DNA of 24,000 nucleotides from Bryobacteraceae bacterium (GTDB lineage: Bacteria; Acidobacteriota; Terriglobia; Bryobacterales; Bryobacteraceae): assembly GCA_035501495.1 (NCBI GenBank), contig DATJWB010000117.1:33955-57954 (forward strand), in the 5' to 3' direction. Made by a program: the position numbers and the translations under genes. Under the pieces are notes generated by a model. The model saw nothing but the letters and a program-made list of their open reading frames with translations, was not told where the DNA came from and did no database searches. Shown here in pieces: positions 14,771 through 23,590 of this stretch (the stretch's first letter is position 1; every line of letters starts with the position of its first letter).

Positions 14771-14837
14771 GCCACGGGCCGGCGTTCGTGCCGGTTCGCC
14801 AACCTCGCATCATTGTCATCAGCCAGGGAGTGCACCC

Positions 14838-16023
14838 ATGAAGAGATGGCTCGTAATCGTTGGTTGCGCGTTGCCGCTGGCCGCGCAAACGCTGCAGGCC
14901 TACTTCTTTCGCCTCGACAACGAGCGCTCAAGTCGCCTACCAGATCTGGAGCGGCGTGGAATTTCAGCCCCGCCAGAAGTCCACCAGCCTTGCGGAGGCC
15001 GGCGGAAACGTGATTCGCCGGACCCGTTTCCTTCCTAACGGCATGCCTTGGCTGGGTTTCGAAGTGGATATCGACATAGACGCAAACCGCGATTTCCGCG
15101 TCTCGTTCGCACCCGGTGGATTCCCTTACTTCGCGGAGAGTCCGGTGCCCCGCGTCGTCCACCACGGCGATCGGGTGATGATGGACGTCCTCGAACAGCC
15201 CGGAACTGGCAAAAAGATTTTCGATCTCGTCCAGGTGTCACAGAACCGCTCCGGCCTGACGATGCTCCCCTTGCCCACGAACACCATTCCCTCGGTGATT
15301 CCGCCGGGAACACCGCTCCAGCTGAGCCATCCACGTTTGCGGTTCGGCGGAAACCTGCCGTCCGCTCAGGCGAACAGCGTCTTGACCGGCCCGCAGCTAT
15401 CCATCGACGTGCCGCGTGTGGGCCGCTTCGGCCTTTCATCCACGCAGTTGCCGGGTTATCGGCTCGAATCCGTGGCGGAAAAGGGAAACATCGAAGTGGC
15501 GGGCAACCATCGTTACGCCATCGTATACGACTCCGACGTCGTCGATTTGCCAGGCTCGTGGTTCCTGTGGGTGCGCTTCGACGCCGCCGATGCCGCACCC
15601 GCGAGCCCGCCTGTCGATGGCCCGCCGCCGCTCGAAGTCACGGCAGTACCGGCCGGCGCGGGCGAAGACGGCTCGCGCGCCGGAATCTTCATCACCGTCC
15701 GCAACACCTCGAAACCGGAATGTGCTGGCCTACTCGGCCCGCATCGGGCACACCAACCCCAACACCGGCGAGGGAATGGGCGCAGGCGGGCACGCCGTGT
15801 TCCGTAGGGGCGTGAAGGCACTCCGAACTATCTGCGCCCGGGCCAGACAGAAACCAGCCCAAAGGCCAATTCATTACCTCTCGATCCCAACGGAGTCGCG
15901 GCAAGCTCTGCCCTCAGCCTCGATCTCGTCGTCTTTGAAGACCGCTCGCGATGGGGACCGGCCACCTCTCGGGCGAGCGTCAATCTCCTGAAGCGCGTGC
16001 AGGCTTCGGGCCTGGTGAAGTGA
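14838..16023 (+). pseudogene. Secreted hypothetical protein gene readable only through three frame changes (pseudogene or indel errors)
   Basis: ATG 14838 gives the signal peptide MKRWLVIVGCALPLAAQ. High-GC3 reading moves to the next frame near 14928 (QVAYQIWSGVEFQ...), again near 15714 (NVLAYSARIGHTNPNTGE) and back near 15808-15830 (TPNYLRPGQTET...LDLVVFEDRSRWGP), ending at TGA 16021-16023. The last segment has no start codon of its own. The 3' end is uncertain and could instead be 15991. Confidence 0.45.
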
Positions 16024-16057
16024 CAACGCCCGCCTCCGGCGCGTGTAAGATACGAAC

Positions 16058-17113
16058 ATGCTTCGCCTTCTGGTAGTGGGTGTGTTCTGTTGCGGAGGTC
16101 TCATGGCCGGCACCGACTTCGACCAATCCCAGGCCGAGCGCTTCGCCCGCCTGGCGCTCGACTGCGTCCACAAGCAATATCCCAACAAGATTGCGCATTC
16201 CTTGAACTCCGATGCCGACGTGAAGCCTCCCCGCGAGTTGACCCCTGCCTTCTATGGCTGCTACGACTGGCATTCCTCCGTCCATGGACACTGGCTCCTG
16301 GTTCGCCTGGCGCGTCTCTTTCCAGGGGCGCCTTTTGCCGCGGAAGCCCGGCGTGCCGTGGCGCAGAGCCTCACCCCGGCCAACATCGCGCAAGAGGTGA
16401 AGTACCTCAATACCGGCGGGCGGTCGTCCTTCGAGCGCCCCTACGGCCTGGCATGGCTGCTGCAACTGGCCGCCGAGTTGAAGGAGTGGGACTCACCCGA
16501 AGCGCGCCAGTGGTCCGAAACGCTGCGGCCCCTGGAGCAGGCGGTCACCGCGCGAATCGTATCCTGGCTGCCGAAGATGGAGCGGCCCATCCGCGCCGGC
16601 GAACACAGCAACACCGCGTTTTCGATCGGCCTGATGCTGGACTACGCGCGCATCACCGGCAATTCTCCGTTCGGCAAAGTAGTGGAGTCGCGCGCCCGCG
16701 ACTACTATTTGAATGACCGGAATTGCCCCCTGTCGTACGAGCCTTCGGGCGAGGATTTCCTGTCGCCCTGTCTCGCCGAGGCCGACGTAGTGCGCCGCAT
16801 TCTGCCCTCGGGCGAATTCTCGCAATGGTTCACCGCATTTCTCCCCAAGGTGGACCTCGAACCGACCCGCGTCGCCGATGTCACCGATGGCAAGCTCTAC
16901 CACCTCGCCGGCCTGAACCTCAGCCGCGCGTGGATGCTCGAGGGCATCGTTTCGAAACTCGGCGCCGGCGACGCACGCCGCGCTCCCCTGTTGGCGCTGG
17001 CGGGCCGCTTGCGCCAGGCGGGGCTCGAAAGCATCAAGAGCGAACACTACGAAGGCGGCCACTGGCTCGGCAGCTTCGCGGTTTATCTGGTGAGTGGGCG
17101 CGGCCTGCGGTAG
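16058..17113 (+). CDS. DUF2891-family protein with N-terminal hydrophobic segment
   Basis: FYGCYDWHSSVHGHWLL, ERPYGLAWLLQL, AGEHSNTAFS, HLAGLNLSRAWML and YEGGHWLGSFAVY match my recollection of DUF2891. This has not been verified by HMM. Confidence 0.8.
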   Translation: MLRLLVVGVFCCGGLMAGTDFDQSQAERFARLALDCVHKQYPNKIAHSLNSDADVKPPRELTPAFYGCYDWHSSVHGHWLLVRLARLFPGAPFAAEARRAVAQSLTPANIAQEVKYLNTGGRSSFERPYGLAWLLQLAAELKEWDSPEARQWSETLRPLEQAVTARIVSWLPKMERPIRAGEHSNTAFSIGLMLDYARITGNSPFGKVVESRARDYYLNDRNCPLSYEPSGEDFLSPCLAEADVVRRILPSGEFSQWFTAFLPKVDLEPTRVADVTDGKLYHLAGLNLSRAWMLEGIVSKLGAGDARRAPLLALAGRLRQAGLESIKSEHYEGGHWLGSFAVYLVSGRGLR

Positions 17114-17119
17114 AGGAGC

Positions 17120-18139
17120 CTATTCGGCTATCGTCAGGACCACACGAAATCGGGCATTTCCGCTCATCATGCGATCGTAGGCCTCATTCACGCGGTCCAG
17201 CGGATAACTCTCGTTCATCGAGCGCACGCCGGTCATGGCGCTGAAGTCGAGCGTGTCCTCGGAATCGATCGACACCCCCGCGTACCAACCCCTCATCGCC
17301 ACGCGTCCCCCGAGAAACTGAATCGGGTTGACGGTCATCGGAGAAGCCGCGCCGATGATCATCAAGCGCCCGTCGGTGGCCAGCCCGCCCAGGCAGGCAG
17401 CCATGGCATCGCCACTGGTGACGGTCGCCAGAATCACTTTCGCGCCGCCCAGTTTGGCCAGTTCCGCCGAAGGATCCTGCGACTGGTTGTCAATGTAATG
17501 CCGCGCGCCCAATTGTCGCGCCAGCGCCTCCTTGTCCTTGCCGCGGGCGATGGCCACGGTCCGGTACCCCGACTTGTCGGCATACTGCACCGCCAGATGC
17601 CCCAGACCGCCAAGACCCAGCACAGCGACCGTCTCCCCGGGGCGCGCGCCCGCGTTGCGGAGGCAGTTGAAGGTCGTCACTCCGGCACACATCAGGGGCG
17701 CGCCCTCGGCCGAGGACAACTCATCGGGAACCGAGGCAACCGCCTCCGCTCGAGCTACCAGGTACTCGGCGTAGCCTCCGTCGTAGGTGATGCCGGTGAT
17801 GGACGTGAACGTCTGGCACGCGAAAAATTCGCCGCGCCGGCAGGCGTTGCAATAGCCGCAGTTTCCGCCGTGCCAGCCCACTCCCCCGCGTTGGCCCGGC
17901 TTCCAGCGCTGCACGCCGGGGCCCACCGCGTCGATAATGCCGATCACTTCGTGCCCAGGCACTCGCGGGAAGCTGACCAGCGGGTAGGTTCCTTCGCGAG
18001 TGAATGAGTCGCTGTGGCAGACACCGCAGGCTTGAACCTTGATTCGCACCGATCCGGGACCGGGCTCGGGAATATCGCGTTCGACAATTTCAAAAGGAGC
18101 ATTCGCTCGCGAGACTTGAGCAGCACGCATCTTTGCCAT
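17120..18139 (-). CDS. Zinc-dependent alcohol dehydrogenase (MDR, AdhP-like)
   Basis: ACGVCHSD, PGHEVIG, the structural zinc motif GNCGYCNACRRGEFFAC, and VLGLGGLGH. Start set at ATG 18139 (MAKMRAAQV); the 96 upstream codons of the track ORF are rejected. Confidence 0.9.
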   Translation of the reverse strand: MAKMRAAQVSRANAPFEIVERDIPEPGPGSVRIKVQACGVCHSDSFTREGTYPLVSFPRVPGHEVIGIIDAVGPGVQRWKPGQRGGVGWHGGNCGYCNACRRGEFFACQTFTSITGITYDGGYAEYLVARAEAVASVPDELSSAEGAPLMCAGVTTFNCLRNAGARPGETVAVLGLGGLGHLAVQYADKSGYRTVAIARGKDKEALARQLGARHYIDNQSQDPSAELAKLGGAKVILATVTSGDAMAACLGGLATDGRLMIIGAASPMTVNPIQFLGGRVAMRGWYAGVSIDSEDTLDFSAMTGVRSMNESYPLDRVNEAYDRMMSGNARFRVVLTIAE

Positions 18140-18366
18140 AACAACCAGTTGGGATGATGCTCCGCAGACATCGGTTGCGCTCCACGGTGGTCCGCAATTG
18201 CCTCCCTGACGGAAGCTTGTGGGGAATCGAACAATCGGATGGCTCGAAAGAGCAGGGAACGGCATCTGGCGAACTGGCCGATTGTAATCCTGCTGTGACA
18301 TTCGCTTGATAACGTCGAAGATCTTGCGCCCCGCAAGCTTCACAAAAGTAAAAGGAGCACGATCAA

Positions 18367-20547
18367 ATGCGGAAGGCATTTGCGACCTTGCTGGTTCTGG
18401 GTGTCCTCCCGGTGGCTGCCCATGCACAATCCTCGTTTTCCGGCTTTACCTCGGAAACCTGGTCTTGAGCCGAAGCGTTTACGTGGGAGACGCCTCCACG
18501 CTCGCGGTCGGCCAGGCCCTGCCGCCCGTCTGTCCCTCCACGGCAGCCTGCGGCACCGCCAAGGCCACCGATAGCGGCCTGTACCCATCCACGGGCAGCA
18601 CCAACAACGTCTGGAACAACGACAAGGCCGACGGCAGCTTCGGAATCACCTCGCCGATCTTCCTCGATCAGATCACCCCCACAGGCACCCTGGTCAACAC
18701 CCTCGCGATCCCCAGCAATATGGTCAACACCAGCTTCAGTTCCAAGTCGGAGCTGGCCATCAATCTCTCCACCGACGGAACCGCGCTCACCTTCATGGCG
18801 TATGTCGCGCCGGTCAACACAGTGGACGTCTCCAACGCCAATACACCAGGTGTGTACGATCCGACCAACCCCGCGGGCGGGAGTTACTTTCGGGCGGTGG
18901 TCCAGGTCGGCGCCAATGGCGCAATCCTGGTGACACCGACCAACGCCTACTGCGGAAACAAAGGGCGCGCCGCCATTCTCGCCAATGGCCTGTACTACAT
19001 GGCCGGCAACTCCAATAACGGCAGCGGAACACCGGCCAACGTGGTCGCCGCCGGCGGAGCCCAAATCGCCACCCCTGGCCAGGTGGCCGATACCGTTCCG
19101 GCTCAGATTGGAAACTTCTCCATCACGCAAGTGAACGATCCCAGCACCGGGAAGCCTTACGCCGCGGACAAGCTGGGCAAGGACAACAATTTTCGCGGCC
19201 TGGCGATCTTCAATAACGCGCTGTACTTCACCAAGGGCAGCGGCGGCAACGGGATCGACACGGTGTACCAGGTCAGCCCGTTGCCGACGGTGGCGAACGC
19301 CGCCAGCGCGACGGTCACGATCCTCCCCGGCTTTCCCACCGTCCTGGCGAAAAACATCGGCCCCAAGGACAACTATCCGTTCGGCATCTACTTCGCCAAC
19401 GCCACCACCCTCTATGTCGCCGATGAAGGCGATGGCGTGGCTGCCGATGCCGCCGGGCAGTCCCAGCGCCGGACTGCAGAAATGGGTGCTGAGCAACGGC
19501 GCCTGGAACCGTGTGTACGTCCTCCAGAACGGCCTGAATCTCGGCCAGCCCTCCACCATCGCCAACTATCCGACTTCGCTGAACCCCGCTACTGACGGCC
19601 TCCGCAACCTCACCGGCAAGGTAAACAGCGACGGCACCGTCACCATCTGGGCAGTCACCTCGACCATTAGCGCCAATGGCGACCAGGGCGCCGACCCGAA
19701 CAGGCTGGTATCCATCACCGACGTCCTCTCCAACACCGATCCAGCCGTGGCGGCCAAAGAGCAGTTCACCACCCTGCGAACCGCGGTGGCCGGCGAGGTC
19801 TTGCGAGGTGTTGCGTTCGCGCCGGCCGCAGGCAAGACGCCCATGCCTGGCGTCCCGTTGATTACGTCGGCCGCTACCCTGAGCACCACGTCGATTGCGC
19901 CCGGTTCGCTGGCCTTCGCCCTCGGGCAGGGACTCGCCACCGGCATCCCCGGCGAGATCCTTGGGCCCTCGCCCACCAGCTTCGATGGCACTTCGGTGTC
20001 CATCGTGGATTCCGCCGGCAATACCGCGGCCGCGCCCCTTCTGTTTGTCTCGCCCTGGCAGGTGACCTTGCCGTCCACCGTGGCGCCCGGCCTGGCCCAG
20101 GTGAAGATCACCGCCGGCGGTTCCACCCAGACCGCGGCCAACGTAAAGATCGCCGGCGTGGCTCCATCCGTCTTCACACTCAACGGCCTTGGACTGGCGG
20201 CCGCCTCCGCCATCCGTGTCTCAGGCGGCAACCAGATCACCGAACCCGCATACGCCTTGAACAGTGCGGGATCCTTCTCGGCGAGCCCCATCCACATGGG
20301 TTCGGGCAGCGGCCAGGTCTACCTCGTCCTCTTCGGAACCGGCATCGCACCCGCTGGAACATCCGGCACGACCGTCACAGTCGGAGGCGTAAACGCTCCG
20401 GTCCTCTATGCCGGGTCGGGAGGCTTCGCCGGCGTCGGCCAGGTGAACGTGCAGCTTCCGGCAGCGCTCGCCGGCATGGGAAATGTGAATGTCCAGCTCA
20501 CCGCCGGTGGTGTGGCCGCAAACGCCGCCCAGATCACAGTCCAGTAG
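18367..20547 (+). pseudogene. Large secreted protein with a Solibacter-type C-terminal domain; coding sequence split over frames 1/0/1
   Basis: AAAGGAG lies 9 nt upstream of ATG 18367. The signal peptide is MRKAFATLLVLGVLPVAAHA, and this frame stops at 18466-18468. The continuation GNLVLSRSVYVGDASTLAVGQ runs in the -1 frame from 18453. Near 19452-19468 the reading returns to the original frame (AGLQKWVLSNGAWNRVYVLQNGLNLG) and runs to TAG 20545-20547. The C-terminus (APSVFTLNG...VYLVLFGTG...VGGVNAPVLYAGSGGFAGVGQVNVQLP) resembles the family I recall as TIGR03437. Confidence 0.55.
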
Positions 20548-20559
20548 GGGCAAGCAGCT

Positions 20560-22218
20560 TTACAGCTTGCTCTTCGCCGAGGCGAACAGGCTGCTCCAGT
20601 CGAAGTCGAGGCCGAAATGCCCTCGCACCTCGCTGGCTTGCGTCAACTCCGTCCGATTCGCCCAGGTGATGCCCGCCGGTATGCTGGCGCCGCTCTTCAA
20701 CGCGAACGTGACCTTACCTTGAATCACCACCAGATTCCCCTTGGGAGCCAGCAGTGTCGCCGCACCGCCAGGAAGCACGATATTGGTATTCGGCGCCAGA
20801 TTCCCCGGGCCGATCGTGATCGCCGCGCTCTCCTTCTGATACTGGTAATAAGCGGCCAATGTCCCGATTGTGTTGCCGAAGTGCCGGTCCAATTGAATCG
20901 CCGCCTGCACGTCGCGCAACATTCCAGTCCCTGCGGGAGGGCTGTCATAAAGTTCCGCCGCCGCGTTGAAACTGACCGCGAAATCGTTGGTAAGTTTCGG
21001 CGGTCTGGCCGGCGCCGCCGCAGCCGCGGCCGCTTTGTCGGCGCGGAGAACGCCGGGATGCAGCGTATAAGCGAGCCGCAGCGTCGAGATCCGCGGCTGG
21101 CTTACCGGCCGCGAGTAGCAATACTCCAGGCTCAAGCCGGACTGGGTTTGCCGCCGCGCGGTGTTGATGGCGGCATCCCGGGCCGCCAGGTACGTCCTCG
21201 CGTCCTTCAGGAACTGCTGAAACGCCGTGACACTATAGGCCGGATCTGTTTTGGCAATGGCCGCCAGGCCATTCCACTGCGCCTGGATGACGCTGGAAAC
21301 CGCGGCATCGTCTTTCCCCGATTCAATGGCGGCGCGCAAGTGAACATCCGCCTCCCGCAGCCAGTTCCGAAACCTTGGCTTCGTCAGGTCGAACCAGTCG
21401 AAAGCCTTGGTATCCTGCTCGGCGGTCTTAGCCGCCGCGGCTACGCTCTGGCCGCCCACCGCGGTCTTCCAGGCGTCGATATAGGTCTTGCTGCGAAGGT
21501 CCAGGCTGTTCCAAAGTTGGATGTGGAGCGTGGCGCCGGTCAGGTGAGTGGCGCTGGTCTCAATCAGTGCGGTGGCCGGCGTGTCTGCGCTTGACCCGCC
21601 TACTGTCCCCGTGACGCTCTCCGTCGTGACGCCGGCGACACTCAGCGCCGCGGAGCCGGAAATGCGGTTCAGAACGCTGGCCGCCGCTCCCTGGCAGGAC
21701 ATCGTGCCTCCGGCACAATACTGGAATACGTCCTCGTTGGCAACAAAGCGGTAGAGACTGAGCGCGTTGGCCTGCAGGTTGATCGTCGTGCCACTGACGC
21801 TCTGCGTCACTGCCCCCGATTCGACCGCCAGCCCCAGTACGTCGCTGAAACCGGTCCGCTCCACAAGGGTCGCTGTTCCGGGCGAGGACGCGCTCGAACC
21901 CAGATGAGTTCCCAGGTTGGAATCCGCAACTCCGGAAATGAAGGAGGACAACAGCGATTGATCTTGCGTCGCGAAAATCGCAAAGGACACCGTCGCGGCA
22001 GTCGGATCCACCAGGTTTCGGATCAGGCTGCAATACTGGAGCGCCGGCCGGTGCTGCGCCAGCGCCGGATCGTCGCACGCGATGTTCCGTTCGCCGGCCG
22101 GAAGCCCCGAGAATGCCTTGCGCGCGGCGCCGATGTCGATGTGGTCGATCGGCACGGCCACTTCCGCGGCCACGGTCATGGCCGCGAACACACCGCTCGC
22201 GAGGACTCTCCGGAACAT
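20560..22218 (-). CDS. Hypothetical exported protein; C-terminal region with beta-barrel-like alternating strands (possible outer-membrane protein)
   Basis: 552 aa. The N-terminus MFRRVLASGVFAAMTVAAEV is signal-peptide-like. There is an Ala/Pro linker KAAAAAAAPARPP. C-terminal amphipathic stretches are FAVSFNAAAELY, TLAAYYQYQ, NLVVIQGKVTFAL, IPAGITWANRTE and VRGHFGLDFDW. No family was recognised. Confidence 0.7.
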   Translation of the reverse strand: MFRRVLASGVFAAMTVAAEVAVPIDHIDIGAARKAFSGLPAGERNIACDDPALAQHRPALQYCSLIRNLVDPTAATVSFAIFATQDQSLLSSFISGVADSNLGTHLGSSASSPGTATLVERTGFSDVLGLAVESGAVTQSVSGTTINLQANALSLYRFVANEDVFQYCAGGTMSCQGAAASVLNRISGSAALSVAGVTTESVTGTVGGSSADTPATALIETSATHLTGATLHIQLWNSLDLRSKTYIDAWKTAVGGQSVAAAAKTAEQDTKAFDWFDLTKPRFRNWLREADVHLRAAIESGKDDAAVSSVIQAQWNGLAAIAKTDPAYSVTAFQQFLKDARTYLAARDAAINTARRQTQSGLSLEYCYSRPVSQPRISTLRLAYTLHPGVLRADKAAAAAAAPARPPKLTNDFAVSFNAAAELYDSPPAGTGMLRDVQAAIQLDRHFGNTIGTLAAYYQYQKESAAITIGPGNLAPNTNIVLPGGAATLLAPKGNLVVIQGKVTFALKSGASIPAGITWANRTELTQASEVRGHFGLDFDWSSLFASAKSKL

Positions 22219-22219
22219 C

Positions 22220-23308
22220 TCAATTCCCTCCCGTGCCGATCACTCTTCGCAGGCGGGTCGGGTTGCCCGGATTATTGGCGAACACGTCGAGCATCGCCCC
22301 GCTCGGGTCTACCAGGTTGACCAGGTCGCCGGGCACCGGCGCGTTATAGGCGAACGACAGGTCCCGCTGCCCGTCTTTGATCGTGAAGCTGGCGCGTGAG
22401 ACATTCGAACCAATCTGCGTGCCGTCGTAAGAAATGCTGGTAAAGACCGCCGCGTTGCTGGGGTCTTGAATCTGCACCGTGGTCTGTGCGCCGCTCGGCC
22501 CGGAAAGCAGCCCGGTGAGCGTATCCAGGGTGAGATTGCACTGCCCGGGGGCCTTTACCGGGACTTGCCGGCCCGGCTCTCGCTTTTCCATGGCTGTCGC
22601 GCTTCGGGCCTGGCGCGCAAAGCCGTCGGAGCTTTCTCTGGTGAGTTTACCCGGCCCGTTGTCCAGAAAGTTTCCCCCGGCCGCCGGTCCGAACAATTGC
22701 CAGATGTGACGATCAGCCGGGATCTGCCACGAAAGGTATCCTCCGTCCAGAACTTCGAGCGGCCCCGTCAGATTGCCGCGGAAACTGTATCGCACCCCGG
22801 TTCCCCGTGATGCTGCGAAGTACTCCGGTGTGCAAAAGTCGGAGACCGGCAATGTCGCCCCGCCCGCCGATTCGATCATGTAGGCGCATTGCGGCCCTTC
22901 ACAGGGATCGCATACCTCCACCAGAAACGTGACGCGGCCTTGTCCCTCCTTGGGAGACGGTCCGGCGGCCAGAGACCGCCCAAACGGATCCACCAGCATT
23001 TCCAGGCATTCGTGGCTGGCGGTGAGGCTCCAGTCGGGCGACCACTCCACGTCGGCGTAGGGCTGCTCATCGTCGTCCAGGTGAAATCCCCCGACGGCGC
23101 CGCCGGGAATCGCGTCCAGCACCGTAATCTTCCAATAACCGTGAGGCACGTCGTTCTCCGAGCCGAACGCCTCCACCGTGGCGTTGACGTTCCAAATCGG
23201 CTTCAGGTCGCGGTTCACCTGCCGCTCCAGAGCTTCACCGGCCCGCGTCAGCTCCGGAAGCAATACGTGCTGGCTCTTGCTCAAGAGCGCAATCTGTCGA
23301 AGAAGCAT
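22220..23308 (-). CDS. Conserved-looking hypothetical protein (N-terminal domain ending SHECLEMLVDP, Cys cluster, C-terminal beta-rich domain)
   Basis: ATG 23308 is preceded by AAGGAG with a 7-nt spacer. There is no signal peptide. Motifs are ERQVNRDLKPIWNV, GGFHLDDDEQPYADV, SLTASHECLEMLVDP and EVCDPCEGPQC-x17-C. The stop TGA (22222-22220) lies 1 nt before the downstream ATG (22218). Confidence 0.75.
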   Translation of the reverse strand: MLLRQIALLSKSQHVLLPELTRAGEALERQVNRDLKPIWNVNATVEAFGSENDVPHGYWKITVLDAIPGGAVGGFHLDDDEQPYADVEWSPDWSLTASHECLEMLVDPFGRSLAAGPSPKEGQGRVTFLVEVCDPCEGPQCAYMIESAGGATLPVSDFCTPEYFAASRGTGVRYSFRGNLTGPLEVLDGGYLSWQIPADRHIWQLFGPAAGGNFLDNGPGKLTRESSDGFARQARSATAMEKREPGRQVPVKAPGQCNLTLDTLTGLLSGPSGAQTTVQIQDPSNAAVFTSISYDGTQIGSNVSRASFTIKDGQRDLSFAYNAPVPGDLVNLVDPSGAMLDVFANNPGNPTRLRRVIGTGGN

Positions 23309-23590
23309 TCGCTCACTCCTTTTTCCCCGGTGGGCCCCGTTACCCAAGGCCGGCCCGGATGGTCCGGATTACGACAGGCCGAGTTGCTGCACGGCGGCCA
23401 ACACTGCGCCGCCATCCATCGCGCCTTGGCTTGTCTTCAAGGAATTCCGGAGCTTTCGGCCGACTCTTCGAACGTCAACCCGCCGAAGGCCGCTGATGTC
23501 CAGTGCCTTCGGGCCACTGCTTTCCTGCGAATTTACCACAAATGCCTCGCCCCACCGCAAATTCGCGCCAATCGGCATAAACTGGGAGCG

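Larger units (their letters stand above)
13490..14800. other. Lower-GC islet (toxin-antitoxin pair plus gene remnant), apparently inserted into or replacing the 3' part of the sigma factor locus
   Basis: AT-richer sequence is visible from about 13495. The islet has its own terminator and promoter and contains decayed cargo. Both boundaries are approximate; no direct repeats or integrase were identified. Confidence 0.4.

Noticed and set aside
15048-15991. Track ORFs 15048-15815 and 15416-15991 (plus minus-strand 15035-15598) as independent genes
   Set aside because: 15048-15815 and the minus-strand ORF are Arg-rich shadow frames. 15416-15991 is protein-like only in a short middle stretch that fits as a segment of the frameshifted gene 14838-16023.
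366-18427. N-terminal extensions in the ORF track: 366-1688 (hpnD), 4261-5019 (hpnG), 9123-10226 (ispH), 11069-12250 (dut), 11186-12949 (thyX-like), 17120-18427 (adh), 22220-23347
   Set aside because: The extensions overlap the neighbouring real gene or have no counterpart in the family. Internal ATGs give canonical N-termini, often with stop/start overlap or a ribosome-binding site.
18445-19470. Programmed ribosomal frameshifting as the explanation for the frame changes in the two secreted genes
   Set aside because: No X-XXY-YYZ slippery heptamer, and no obvious downstream stem-loop or pseudoknot, was found at any of the five junctions. Multiple shifts of mixed sign in one gene are not a known recoding pattern.
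20550-20570. Hairpin gcaagc/gcttgc between the convergent genes at 20547/20560 as a bidirectional terminator
   Set aside because: It is only a 6-bp stem with a 9-nt loop. It overlaps the minus-strand stop codon, and there is no U-tract on either strand.
23482-23511. 8-bp stem ccgaaggc/gccttcgg (14-nt loop) and small hairpin ccgga-tgg-tccgg (23354-23366) in the divergent region upstream of the nucleoside hydrolase
   Set aside because: No U-tract, no repeat copies elsewhere in the window and no recognisable riboswitch features were seen. They could be 5'-UTR structure, but this is unsupported.
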